A stretch of DNA of 64,000 nucleotides from Daphnia carinata (lineage: Eukaryota): contig NC_081331.1 of assembly GCF_022539665.2 (NCBI RefSeq), positions 8,556,001 through 8,620,000 of the forward strand, read 5' to 3'. The translations under genes were made by a program, and so were the position numbers. Shown piece by piece: positions 1 through 13,200 of the stretch. Numbering within the stretch: the stretch's first letter is position 1; the number at the start of each line of letters is the position of its first letter. The notes under the pieces were generated by a model, which worked only from the letters and a program-made list of their open reading frames with translations, was not told the origin of the DNA and made no database searches.

Positions 1-54
1 GGCCCAGAGCGCTGCTGATGGCGCTGTGTGGTTGCGACAAGTCATCGTTTTAGT

Positions 55-200
55 AAATAATTTACGGTAGGTAAAACGTAACTAATGTGAAAGGGGGTGT
101 GGGGATGAGATGCCATTTTTGGGGTTGTTCCTCTTGAAAAATTTGTGGGTAGAAAATTTGGGTAAAAATTTGTGGGTAAAAACTTATGGGTAGAAAGGGT
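55..200. repeat. ~95-bp dispersed direct repeat (copy 1), followed by a ~14-bp AAAAATTTGTGGGT-type tandem array (137-200)
   Basis: 55-150 (aataatttacggtaggtaaaacgtaactaatgtgaaagggggtgtggggatgagatgcc...ctcttgaaaaatttgtggg) aligns by eye to 3674-3768; about 4-5 degenerate tandem units follow. Confidence 0.75.
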
Positions 201-277
201 TAGACCAAAGAACACAGTGGTTGGCAAAAAAGAAAAAGTGGTGAAGAATAACGTTCCAGTTTATGTTACCAAACACA

Positions 278-690
278 CAGTAGGGGAGACCGGGGCTAAT
301 AGGGACACGGATTAGTTGGGACAAGCTATGTTTTTACAAAAACGCTTAATTATAAAACTATGCAATTTATACATCATGTTTGCTAACTACATGGGCATTT
401 GGGGATGAGTTTTTGTGGTAGAGGTTGCATCCGTTGTTGAGATACGGCCATAAGAAATTTTTAAGGGTTCGTAAAATTATGTTGTGCTCTAATAAAATAT
501 TTATTTACGACTACGTTCTTTGATGTATAATTTTGCAAAAAATATGGTGAAATCCACTGTTTATTTTCCCACATTTCCTTGGTTTTCAAAAAAAAATTGT
601 GAAGCGGTTTGCTGAAAATCACACATTTTCAAAGACACCACCTATGGGGCAGGTTGGGACAACAAATTCTGTGGTAAAATGGGACAGGAT
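278..690 (+). mobile_element. possible end of a non-autonomous DNA transposon (GGGGC..TTGGGACA subterminal motifs)
   Basis: Repeated motifs cggggctaatagggaca, ttagttgggaca, ggggcaggttgggaca and aatgggaca. No partner TIR was identified with confidence. Confidence 0.3.
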
Positions 691-1119
691 AAAGCTATTC
701 CGTGGCCGGATATATAAATTCCTTTCTTGCCACTATGTTAATTTTTTCGTCCAAATTATTAGAACTCAGCTGTGATTTTACAGTTTGTATTTTCATCATT
801 CTTATTTCAGTGTTAAAAAGTTTTTTAAATGCTGACCTCACTTTTTATCGTTTCATCAAAATAACTCGAAAACTTTTACAGTTTAAAGCTTCTAATTTAT
901 TTTTTAATTAAACCCCTAATTTCTATTATCTCAAATTTTTTAAACAAAATCCTTATCGTACTTCGAGTGGTATAATTCTTGTTTCAACTGCCTTGCGTCC
1001 AATTGCGGCCTAACTCCCTATACAAGGATTACAAAAGGGCGGAAAAGAAGAATGGTAAGGGCATGCCATTTCGGAACAGATTACTCAAAAACCGTAACTT
1101 CAAAGAAAAAACTAAGTTC

Positions 1120-2150
1120 ATTTTCGTGACCCATGTTAAATTTTGGATCTAAATCGTGTATATTATTTGTTTATTGTTTATAAAAATTTTAAAAAGAAAA
1201 GTCGTTGCGTTATAACTACGAAAATCATAAAAAATGGGCATCTCTCAGAACTCAATAAAAAAAAACATACATTATGCTCAAAATCAAACGCTGATTCTAA
1301 CTAAGTAGTTCTAATAAAGTAGGTATATCGCAACTACTTAAATATTTTAGATAATCCAAAAGCTCTGAACTATATGTAAAAACAAAATCCATTTTCATGA
1401 TTCTTGTTAAATTTTTGATTTAAATCATTTATAGTTATCTAGATTTATTGATATTATTTTTTTAAGGGAAAAATTTTTAAGCCCGGCAAAATAAGCCAGA
1501 CTTTCCCATATTTTATATTACTAAAAATCCATAAAAGCCATGCCAAAAAAAGTTCATTGTCATGATTCTAGTAAGTTTTTGAACCTAAATCATGCATAGT
1601 TATCTCTTTTATTGATTATTTAAGAAAAATCGAGGAACTTCGATGTGTCGCGCTAGCGCTGTAGCGTACTGGCGCGCTAGTAGGAATAGGAAAAATCGGG
1701 CTTATTTTGTCGGTTTAAAAATTTTTCCTTAAAAAAAATAATATCAATAAATCTACATAACTATACATGGCTTAAATTCAAAATTTAACAAGGATCACGA
1801 ATATGAATTTTGTTTTTCCGTAGAGGATATGGATTTTGAGTAATCGAAGAACTTTGATGCGTCACGCTAGGTTAGGCTAGTTTGTTGCGTACTGGCGCGC
1901 CACATCAATATATATGGCCGAGAGAAATTTTAAGCCCGACATAAAAATAAACCCGACTGTTCCTTTAAAAAAATAATACCATTAGATATAAATTACTATA
2001 CATGATTTAGATTCTTAATTAAACGAGGACCACGAAATGAATTTTTTTTACGTAGTTTATAGTTTGTAAGTAGTCTAAAATATAAAAGTAGTTGTGCTAT
2101 TACTAATTTGATTGCGCTAGCTAGCGCTGCCGCGTATTCGCGCGCTAGTG
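1120..2150. repeat. modular AT-rich foldback-like repeat
   Basis: A ~60-bp module (tcatgatt..gttaaatttt.ga..taaatcat.tatagttat) occurs forward at ~1124, ~1395, ~1560 and reversed at ~1745-1800 and ~1990-2035. 1387-1512 is an imperfect reverse complement of 1686-1823. Confidence 0.7.
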
Positions 2151-2225
2151 TTTAAACTATGATAGAATCTAAATGTGATACCACCTCATTTAGACTGTGG
2201 CAACCAACGCCACCAGAAGAATACT

Positions 2226-2480
2226 TGTAACCTAGAACTGCCACTGGATGGCGCAGAAGTTAGGGCATATAAGGAGGCCCTCAGCCTACCAGCAAGGTCA
2301 CTCTCGCGATAGCCTCCACTAATTGATGTACTCGGAATAGTGCTCCCATAGTTTTCCAGAACTCTTGCGTGATTCTTTTGTTATGCTCAGCATCTAAGTG
2401 CCAATACACGAAGTCCTTTGGACCCCTCTCTGTCTTCATTAAACAAAATGGTTCGCTACAGCTATTAATAACCATAAAAC
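2226..2480 (+). repeat. LTR-like dispersed repeat (copy 1)
   Basis: Starts TGTAAC and has a TATA-like CATATAA. It aligns in reverse complement to 45225-45482; 2234-2288 matches 45428-45482 at 53/55. Confidence 0.65.
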
Positions 2481-3673
2481 AGAATTCCTTTAGAGAAATT
2501 CAAAGACCGCTATAAATTAGTTTTCGTTTTCCTTTTGTTTCGTGTCAGCTGTTTATCGTTTGTGTAAGTCGGAACAGAGTGCATTTTTTAAATTATTATT
2601 AAATAATAAGATGTTCATTTGATGGAACAGAATCCTTTTATTGACAAGACTGATAAAGAAAACATTTGAAAGCGTCACGCTCAGCTCTGTTCCGTTAGCG
2701 CACCTCAAGAACCGATCAACTCATTTAAGGATATAATCCCCCGCAATGGTAGTTGAATCAGTACCGCGAAAGTTCAGACAAACTTTCATTTCTTGCCATC
2801 ATTTGGTCTTCTTCGGATGCAAGCGTCGACTAGCGGATGTAAGCGTCCAGATGTTGGCAAGGACTTTTAACGAATATAAGTGCAATACTGACATCATAAT
2901 CCATGCATTCAAGCTGCGCCGTGAAGAAGATAAACAGGAGATGCAGGTGGTGTACTCTATTCGCGGCGATGAACAACACCATTAACGGATGAGTCGACCA
3001 ATACCTTTGGATTGCTACACGGAAAGAGCGTTATTTAAGTTAGAACAAGCATTAGTACAAGTTTTAAAAAGTCGAGCCATGTTTACGAGCCACGAAATTT
3101 TTACGTTTGTTGTCGGGAAGGAGGTAGGTATTGTAATTGCCTGAGTGACTTTGATAGCGTTGCCCATATGCTGGTCGTTCGTTTTCAGGAATTTCGGTAG
3201 GCCAATTCCGTTCCTGAATCGGTTGAGGTGTTAGTCCCGTTACTGCTGGCTGGACCGGCCTAGGAAAGGATCGAATACCGCTGTTCTTTACCATGAGATA
3301 GGGATCAACCTTCTCATCAACTGGTTGATATCGGATCTGAGGTTCGTAAAATGTCTGTTCACTGATCTCACTATGGACGGCCACAGAAGGCGAGACTTCA
3401 TCTACCAGTAAAAAAGTTTGTACAAAGATACGAAGATTTTAGATGTTGGTAGGAATGGCCAGTTTCGTTCCGGGTTTTCTTTAGTTGGTGGAAATGCCGT
3501 AACTGCCGTAAAGTGTGGCCTAGACGAGGGTCGAATACCGTTGCCCTTTTTACCATTTGAAACTTAGGTTACTCAAATGTATGATATCTGTTTTCACCAG
3601 TATTAGCCTACACCTTACATTATGACCACATGGTGGGGTAGGAAAAAAAGGGAATTTAGGGTCAGCAAAGTTA

Positions 3674-3768
3674 ATAATTTACGGAAGGTACATAGTAACT
3701 AATATGAAAGGGGGTGTGAGGGTGAGATGCTATTTTTCGGGTTGGTCCTCTTGAAAAATTTGTGGTTG
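3674..3768. repeat. ~95-bp dispersed direct repeat (copy 2 of 55-150)
   Basis: Visual alignment to 55-150. Confidence 0.7.
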
Positions 3769-4261
3769 GTTTCCATCAGGGCTTCGTACAAAGTGTTGTA
3801 TGACTAATGACTCGATTGGTGATTTTATTGTTGTTATTATGTAGGTTCCTAGGTGGGGGTGTGAAAAGTGTGATGTGGGAGTTTTCTATAAGGGCTTCGT
3901 AGATAGTTTCCGCATGCGTTGGAGCGATGGTGTCAGAACTCTCCCAAGCGAACCGTGAGAGCCCCCCGGGCGTTCCACAGTATGCAGGTAAGGACGGTCA
4001 TTACCTGTTGTGTGCGAGTGCGGGTGTGCGAGACCCTTTTACAAAGCGGGAAACGTAATGCAGACAACACGCTAAAGGGTGAGGGATCCCGGGCGAGAAC
4101 CTAAGTACATCCGAGAAATCACTAAAATTCGAAAGGAAAAAGTGATATGCAATAAAAGAAAGGAAAGACAAAAAATACGTTTCCGGTACGTGAAAACGTA
4201 AGCCAAACAGAATTCATCGTCTTTGACTGTGAACTATGCTTCTGATCTCTGAAAAACCTAC

Positions 4262-4808
4262 ATGGAGAATATTTCTAGCAAGCAGCGATTCAGAAAGCAA
4301 AGTCTCAACTCAGGCATGATGACCTTTGCCAACTACAACAGTCGCGTTCCACCGAAAGTCTTACAATTAGTGCTAGCTCAAGAGATTGGACACAATTTCG
4401 GTTCGCCTCACGATTATCCTAGCCATTATCGTCCTGAAAGGTTAAAATAGTATGAACGAGACATTCTTAATTGACATGAAGATGGAAGTCCGCCATAGTC
4501 GTGTTGACGATGTCGTCCAAGAACGTGTACAATTGACTGACAATGCGATTTTTCATTTTCTTTTGTGTTACTAAATTAGGTTTCCGTCGGCCACTGTCGG
4601 CGAACTGCCAAACAATTCACGCTTCTCCAATTGCAGCGTGTGCAACATCTCGTGCGCTCTAGATGCTATCGAGCAAGGCAAAAAGATGAACTGCTTCACA
4701 GGTAATGATCGAGCTCTTACGCCAATGAGGTGGACCTACTAATGATTTCTTTTTAGTTGTCTTATTTCTCAGATTCGTTGGGTGCTTAGGCGGTAACAAA
4801 ATTGAAGA
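4262..4808 (+). pseudogene. ADAM10: ADAM10/kuzbanian-like metalloprotease gene fragment (3 exon remnants)
   Basis: SLNSGMMTFANYNSRVPPKVLQLVLAQEIGHNFGSPHDYP (4262-4440). AG/GT-bounded exon 4580-4701 encodes FPSATVGELPNNSRFSNCSVCNIS..NCF. Exon start 4773 encodes DSLGA..GNKIEE but is disrupted. The HExxH motif reads QEIGH, and no upstream or downstream exons were seen. Confidence 0.8.
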
Positions 4809-6363
4809 ATTTTTTCTTCAATCATGAAACGCTACTCACCAAAGCACAATGGATAACGGTGAGCTGTATCAACTTGTTCTACGTTCTCTCTTTCTTCCCA
4901 CCTCTGTGAAAATTTCGTGAGGTTAATGTCATCATTTTAATTAGGCAGAAAAATTGTTGGACTGTCTTGCTTATGGGTGTAGTCTCTGTCCTGTTTATGA
5001 GGTTCTTCATCTGGTTTTGCGCTACTCACACCTCGTCTTCAAACCTGGATATGCAGCCTGCATTGATTATTTTGCATATTTTCCGATATCGGTGCAGCGC
5101 ATGGCGACGGAAGCGGCCTCAGCAACAACAGTAGCAGCAACAACAACTGCAGCAGCAATAACAGTAAAAACAACAACAGACGCATTTTGTTTATTTTATA
5201 TACAATTCAAAAGATACAGCAGCAACAACAACAGAAGCAATAAAATAACCATGATAGTGTAAAAATAATCCAGCCCGATACACTCGGCATACGTCTCATA
5301 GAGGCTATATGCAATATATTTATCAGCCAATACCACAGCAATTTTTCTATTAAACATTTGTCGTTTCTAACAACAAATCAAAATGCAATATAATTACCAA
5401 AAATTATTAAATACCACTAACTAATAAAAAAAATACAGAAAAATAATTTTAAATATTTTATTAACATTTAGTCTAATAACTATTATTTTCGATTATAAAT
5501 TGAAATTTTTTAGTCATGAGAAACGCAAGTTTTTGCCAATAAGTAGATTTCCCTCGATAGTTCTCCCAAATCCCATTAGCTCTATCAAAAACTTCATCCG
5601 CGGACTGAGAGCGGAAAAATTCCTTAGTCCTTTACAACATCCCCCACATATTTTTCGTGGAATTCATGTCTGCTCCTTTTTGGTAGTCACGGAAGTAATA
5701 CAATTTCATCCTGATGATCGTCAAACCAGTCCTTTGTTGTTTTGGGCTGGCGGATTGGCGACCTATCTTGAATAAGTTTGATACTCCTGATAGGAAATTT
5801 TGCATGCATGGAAAGAAGTATCTCCAGCTACTTGTCGCTATTCAGCTTGCGTTCAATCAGGACAAAATCCCCGGCACCACTTGATGAAAACTTAAGAAGT
5901 AATTTAAGCAGAAAATACGACGCTTTATTATCAAATTTAAACATAATACCCAAAAGATTTTTCGTTGGAGAAAATTACGCCTTTCTACTGTTGAAGCTGC
6001 AAAGTTACGCATCGAGTCTTGAGGTGAAATAGGTAGGGTGATGAAACGTAAGCATAAAAGATTATGTTTCTTTTTTTCAACTTCCCGAATGGCTCGATGG
6101 CATAGCCATATAAACTTTTATGTTCAGCTTGACCTGTCATTACCTTTTGTGATATTTTGAAAGCTCTGGGATGAGAAATGAAAAAGGCAGTCAAGTAAAA
6201 AATAGATACATCCTCAAACGCTAAATGTGATTTATTGGTAGTAATAATACAAACAATAATTTACGACGCATGAGATCAGTCTCCGTCTTCTGGGGTCTCC
6301 TGGGGTCCGCGTTCAATGCTTGATCAAGTTGTAAATTTTTATGCAAATTATCGTTTACATATA

Positions 6364-7506
6364 CAGTACCCACCAGATGAATTGGATCACTCCCTTCCAA
6401 TTTTGCTCTTTTAAGATGCGTAGAATAGGCCCTACGGTGTCTCGCGCCAGGATTTCAGGTATTCATAAGTCATTCTCAGAAACTTCTGTATTAAAACCTT
6501 GTGTGGCCACCTTTTGCTTCGATCACTGCTTCACAGCGGGATTTTGTAGTAAAAATGTATTTCGAGAAAGTTTCATTCAATAACTTGCAAATTTTGCCAC
6601 AAAGCATTTTTCGAAGTGTTAAAGATTTTTCGTATTTGGAGTCAAGATCCTAAATTTGTTCAATTGGATTAAGGTCCGTGCTTTGAGCTGGCCACACCAT
6701 CTGCATAACTTCACCTAAATAGTAAGCAAGACTCTCATCGTTGACTCGAACCAATAACATGATTGAATAACCTACATACTAGTTTTTTTTTGTTATTTAA
6801 ATACCCTCTACAAAGTCTAGATCCATATTTGGAATCATTGTCCTCTTGGAAGAGAAACCCCCTTCCTAAAAGCCGCTTCCCCAGGAAGGGTGTGATGAAT
6901 AGAAAATTTGGTGCTAAACCTGACAAAAATCTGATTAACGGTAGATTTACGAACGTGAATAACAATAAGTTACCTACGTGTCCATGATACCTTCGATTTT
7001 TTTCAGGAGAACGGCACCTCTTACTGATATCGCACCCCATACCATAACATTACCTGAACTTTATACCACTGATCGTTAGTCCAATTAACAAGTTCTGTGG
7101 TAAACGTCAAGCTTTTCACAACATTTTGCTGTCGCAATAAAGGTTTTTTTGCCGCAAAATGACCTCTAGGACCCCAGTTCAGTAAGCAGCGGCGAATAGT
7201 TGTTTTGGAAACAGTTTTCCCCGTGGTGAAGTTGAATGCTTCATTTATAACAGGCACTGTTTTAGTTCGGCCCCTCTTACTAATAAGTTTAAAGAAGCGC
7301 TTGTTCGAATCCGAAAAAACTTCATAACGGCCACGTCCAGGTTTAGCCTTATTCGACTTTTTTTTATCAAATCGTATGATGTTGTACCGACCGGTGCTAT
7401 ATAGAAGACTAAATGATTTAATCACTGCACTGATGAACAATAACGTTTTGTACGAATGAATTTGCCCCTCTCCCCTCCACACTTCACAATGTTTTTTAGA
7501 ACCCAT
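6364..7506 (-). mobile_element. degenerate Tc1/mariner transposase relic
   Basis: TVSKTTIRRCL..AAKKPLLRQQN..W.KV (Tc3-type HTH), FLFQEDNDSK, and VWPAQSTDLNPI (~6662-6697), broken by frameshifts. TA+CAGT candidate terminus at 6362-6367. Confidence 0.8.
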
Positions 7507-7785
7507 GTGGTTTTTTCTTCAACAAAATGCGGTACGCTAAATAATTTCATGGTTTTCATTATCTGGCTTTGAAACATAGAATTCCATGCAAATAAGAATT
7601 CACAAATAAGTTTTAAAATCTAAAAATGTTTCCTTCTAAAATTAAGACAAAAATATGTATGCATGAACGCCCCTATCGCTTTCTCGCATTAGCATAATTG
7701 TCAATTTAAACGAAAAGCATTCTGAATTATATATGGTCACGATATCAACCAGACTTTCAACGCACTCAAGAAGTTAAAGATGTAT

Positions 7786-9115
7786 TGTAATGAGCATGGT
7801 GATGAGGGTCGTGATCCGGTCGTACTCAAAGGGCTCCGGATCCGTGTTTTCGGTCATCTTCCATGGCGCTCTGGACATCCATCAGATTCCGCTGGGTCTC
7901 CTATTTATTCGTGGGATTGACGAACAGCTCCGCAGGATCCCTCGTCGTGTAGGGTGGATGCTAACGTAATCTCCGGCTTCCGGGTCGGACCATTGGCAAG
8001 TATAGGTTGGGAGTTTATGTGCCTCGCTTAGAGCGTTGTGCTCCCTTTCGCACTAGTCGGGAAGCCCATTTGTCCGAATGTGCGGTAAATGATGATGGCC
8101 GCTGGAAAACAACTTGTTTTCTTCAACGAAAGGCTTCAGGTCATGCAACTAGAGTCGATTCGTTTCAGTATGGCTAGCGCAGGTGTGGCGGCGAGTTCGA
8201 TCATGATTGTCCAGATCGATTCATGAAGGTCACCTTTTTCTTTTCTAGGAAGGTGACGCTTTCCCTTACTACTAAATCGAAAACCGATAGTGCATCAATC
8301 ACTGTCATCAGGGGGAATAAGTGAACTAGCATGGCTAGTCCCTATGGCAGGGAGGGGTCGCCGGTTACGTTGCTAGTGGCAACGCAACAGCCCTTTCTCC
8401 GTTGTCCTCTGGGGCCAGAAGTCTGTCGGCCACCCACTGTTGTCGACTCCGGTCCCTCGGCATCTCAGTCTTAGTGGGGGCTCGTAGTTGGTCGGCGCTT
8501 GAGCCTCTTCTATTCTCCCCCACGTCATTACCGCTGTCGTGCTTGTAGTTTGGGCTAAGGGCTTTGCTTGCTCTTTTCAACTGCTATCCTGTTGGTGGAA
8601 CGATTTCATACTACTGACATGAACTATATCAGTTTTTTTCCGTTGAGAAGATGGACCTCGTGGTTCACCAGTGTGGTCTGTCTCACAAATCGATAATGTC
8701 CCATCCAGCGATAGAAGAGCTCCCCAACATGACCGACCTTGCATATCGGCTTGTAGACTAAAACGAGGACGATTGGCTAGAAGCTGGCATCGCGGTGTTT
8801 GACATCAATCGACCACTTCTTTTTCTGTCGTATTTCGTCGAGCCGTCACTTGCACGACGGCGTGTGTTTGAAGGTTAGGCGGTCGCTGTGCTGCACCACA
8901 TATTGTGTTGGATACCACTCTCTTTGGTGACAATGTTACCGATCCCCAGATGGAGGTCTCTGGGTAACAGTGGCTCTATTCCGTATCTTAGAAAGAACGG
9001 GCTGAAACCGGTTGACACTTGTTGGCTCATGTTGTAGAAGAAGCACACATAGGGCAAGGCCCCATCCCAGTCGCGGTGGTCACGGGGGTCACATACATCG
9101 ATAGCGCGCCAGGTA
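7786..9115 (-). mobile_element. 3' remnant of a Gypsy element: integrase C-terminal half plus candidate 3' LTR (7786-8389)
   Basis: DWDGALPYVCFFYNMSQQVSTGFSPFFLRYGIEPLLP and TDIVHVSSMKSF on the minus strand. A purine tract GGAGAAAGGG (minus, 8391-8400) is followed by a TG...CA segment. LTR boundaries are inferred from a single copy. Confidence 0.65.
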
Positions 9116-9639
9116 GGATATGATTCATCCTTTTCACTTGACTGTTGGCGCTCGGATGAAACGCGGAGGTCGTCTTGTGGTTCCTGCTTAGCAGTCTCTT
9201 TTGGTGAACCTTTTTTTTTAAGAACGGGAATGATACGATAGACAGGGATGCTCACTCAGTAGACGACGGGGGAAATAGAGTGGCGAGAGAAATGTCAGAA
9301 GTGTTGCGGATGTAGCCGGCGTTGAACCCAAATCGTGAGAATCAGGTAAGGACGGGGATAACGGCGTGGGATGTGAAGATGAGAATATTCCGATGGTCAC
9401 ACGAGACACGTATATTTACTTGACACACAGGTATTTTACAATTCGCGAAGGGAAGCCAGCAAGATGCGGAGCTCCTTCTTAGGACCACTTGGTAGACGGC
9501 GAGGTAACTAACTGCCTTACATAATTGATAGCAGACGACCCGTCGCATACCTTTCGGTCTGCCATCTAACAAGGGGAGGTGGAAGCGGGACACTAGATGG
9601 GGGAACATGATAGGATATAGGGTTGCTCGTAACAGAAGT

Positions 9640-10200
9640 AAAGGCCCAGGAAATAGAGAGAACGGTTAATGGTGTTGTAGAAACTATAGGCGGGAGACTT
9701 CAAGAAGCTCCGGCGATATTAGACGGAGAGGCCCGTGTACGACCTAAGCTTAAATGTTAACGAGAAGTGATGAGTTGAGGCCACAAGACTAGATAAAAAG
9801 AAGGCCGGTAGCCCGCGAAATGTGATTGAAATTTGCTGACTGTTTTTGCATATATGTAGAATGTTCTCTAGCGCTGAGAAGCCGAACGGGTTGCTAGAAA
9901 CCCAACGGGAATTCAGCTCTTAGATAATCCGAAAATAAGAGTCTATAACCTGAAGAAAAACCCATCAAGGATTGATCAGCGCGGTTGAAGTTAGAAGAGG
10001 AGGAGGATAATCCTGAGGCCGAGATAAAGAAGATCAGCGGTGACATCTGGACCAGCGTTTTAAGTTATGTGCAGTAACTTTGGTTAATCTGTCAATGGTG
10101 TTTTCCTATACGAGTATATAAGGGCCGGTTAGGCCTAGGTAATAGCACACAATTTTTTCACCGAACCCTGGAGTCTACTTTTTTCAGCCGGGACTAGAGC
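9640..10200 (+). repeat. diverged copy of the ~1-kb BEL-type LTR family (core region; may extend 9293-10611)
   Basis: Shares ggccggtagcccg, agcggtgacatctggaccagcgttt, gtcaatggtg, gtatataagggccg and aatagcacacaattttttcaccg with 23100-23420, 33660-33800 and 43510-43650(-). Confidence 0.65.
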
Positions 10201-13200
10201 TATGCAACGCATAAGAATATTTTCTCTTTCTTTTACGTGTCTGTCTGGTTCTTTCGCGCCAGTCGTGTGTCCCCGACGATAAATCCGGAACCCGAGTAAC
10301 CTTGCCGGAACCCCATGCCGGTTCTAGCACTGTAAACAAAGACTTGCCAGTCTCGCGCGGAAGAACATTCGCTGGTACTCCACTGGTACTAGGCCATTCA
10401 CAAATACACTCTTTCACCTTCTGAGTAGGCAGTTTTCGATGGTGAACTTAGGCCGTCAACCGAAACTCCACAACGGGAATGGATTGTTACACGGTTTTGT
10501 AGCGTTCCAGTCCAAGTAAGGCACTGGCGAAACAGTATCGATGTTCCGGTTTCTGCAGCGTCAACGCTGGATCCCTTGGCTTGTACGGTGGTGGTTTCTT
10601 TAATCTCTACAGAGCCCACCTTACACCGTGGCTGGGGATAACCACGCTTCCCTCTGCGTATAGGTTTTTACGGTCGTCACCATCTCTGTCGAAGTGCGCA
10701 TGATTATTGGGTTGGCTACCATCCCTTTGGTTTTGAAAACCTTTTCGCTCGGTTCCAGTAACCACGGTTCATGGGGCCATTGAACCTGGGACGGGGACGC
10801 ACAATCTTTGAACGTCTGACGTCATTGCGCTGGTCTCCACCTTCCCGTCGATAAGCGTGGCTAAGCTTCTAAGCTTCGCAAAAGTTACCCGTGTCGGAAA
10901 TTCCGATGCACGACTCACGCCCAGGGTCCGATAAGGGAGAAGAAGGCACGAAAGGAAGACAAGGAGACCGGACGACGACAGGCACAGTTTGCAACCCTGC
11001 CAAAGGTCAAGGAATCTCACACGACTATCATAGCAGCAGCTCAGAAAGCTGCAGAAAACGCCGAAGCGCATGCGAGGTTCCGTCTTGAGACCAGCAAGCT
11101 CAGGCGCGGGAGCTACAGGAGGAGCTACAGCAAATATCCTAGAAAGATCAAGAGAGATAAAATAGTTACTATCGGTGATCCCAACATCGCCACCAACCCC
11201 AGCAGCATTGGCCAACGAAATAAAAGCCCTGGCAGTAGATCCAACCCCGGGACCTTCCAGCAACCTGGAAGCAAAGAAAGCTAAGTCCACAGCTCACGAT
11301 ACTCCAAAGAAGGGGAAAAATCAACCGTACCAGAGGACAGACTTAGCAGGCACCTAGCGTAAAGGTTCGCTAAGACTGGGCTGATTTCGTCACCGGACGA
11401 GGACGAAATCTTAAAATCCCCGTACTCAGCGTAAAAAAAGACACATACATTCTTTTGTAAAAAAATTCTGGTTTATAAATAAGTACATAAATAAAACAGT
11501 GTTGATAAGGACAGTCCAGGCAGAAAATACCAGACAAGCGGTAGCTTGTGCGGAAATCTCCGCGTCATCAGACGACGACCACATTGAAAGCAAGCTCACA
11601 AGCATGGAAAATGAGATAAGGAAATTTAGGGAAACCTTGGTATCGCATGCGTTAACTACACAGAAACTTGACAGAGAAGTAAGCAAAAAAGAGCACTGGA
11701 AGAAAACTTAGAAGCCGTAGCGGACAGGGTCACGTAGTTAGAGAGCAAAATAGCGGGACATAACAATTTAGAAATTATCAGCAGTAGCGAAAATGATCAA
11801 GGAAATAGGCGAACGAAGTAACGGCGTCCTGAACTAGACTGCAGAATTAATAGAACAGGCGCGGCAAAGGTTGTCTCGGAAGAACAAATCCCAATGGTAA
11901 TAGAACATGTAAAAGGAGAAATAAAACGATAATAGATAAAGCAAAAGAAGAGGTTAGAGAAATTCACGACATCATGCCCGGTCTAGAAATTAGCCCAATA
12001 AGGATGTCCGAACCATTACAAACATCTTCAAGGGTAGAGTCTATGGGAGGTTCAAGAATAGAGTTGTTGGAAGATCGGGAACTAATACGCAAAGAGTTGC
12101 TAAAAAGCATATGCCTAGCTTACGCCGACGCGGAAATTAAAGAAAGATATATAGAATAGGCAGAGGGTAGATGGGCAGCAATGATAAAAATAAATGATAA
12201 ATAGGCACTAGTATCTACAGCGGCAGAGAAAGCCAAAGACAGAGAACTAGCAGACACATATTGAGAAAGGAATAAAAAAACGGACGTCCAATCACTAGTA
12301 GTGAGAACAGCGCTACCATTACCGACGTTCAATGGGGATTTAACAACCTGGAAAGGGTGGAGATCGAGGTGGGCAGAAAAGAAGAAATCGAAACAGAGAA
12401 TGAGGAAACAGAGAGCCTAACAATAAATACCTTCGGATCAAACCAAATAAAGAAGGATACGATGAAATCGTACGTAATTTGGTTAGTGCGAGAAGACAAC
12501 GGGAAAATAAAAATAAGAACCACAGCAATAAAATTCATAGCGAAGGCCACACCAGTAGTGTAGTCAGAGTTAACAAAAACCCTCATGGAACACAAGGAGA
12601 GGAACGCAGACGGGAGACACTACAAAAACGACAGCAAAAAAGAGTTTGAGTTCGTGATAGGATGTGATTACTCTTAACAGATCTTAAGACACCATACGAA
12701 ACAAGGCGCAGACGAATCAGTTGCATGAGTCAGAGAGGTCGGGTAGGTAATCTTTGGAGCACCCACAGGGAATGCCCAGAACACAACTCTAATGGCACAG
12801 GCAGTCAGTAAAAAAGCAATGATGGACTTCAAAGAGTTTTGGAGCGTGAACACATGGGGGTAACGGCACAAGAGCTAGAAGATCCGGGGTTCTTGAAAGT
12901 ATACCAGGACACAATAAAACAAAGACATAACAGGAAAATACGAAGCATTATTCCCGTTCAAAAACAACAGAAGAACAATGGAGACAAATAAAAACATCGC
13001 TCTAATAAGGCTATCAGGGCATTTAAGAAGCCCTGAAGCAGGAGGAAAAACTGGTCTATCACAAAGTCTCTAACAGTACCTAGAGAAAGGGTACATAAAA
13101 GAAATAGACAAAGATTACAAAGGGGTATGTACATACCTCCCTCAGATCAGATAGACCAGTGAAAGGAAAGAAGCGTCTACCACAAAGATTAGACCAGTAT

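Noticed and set aside
4954..5262. Ala/Thr-rich ORF
   Set aside because: Driven by a CAA/GCA microsatellite-like tract; no recognisable domain.
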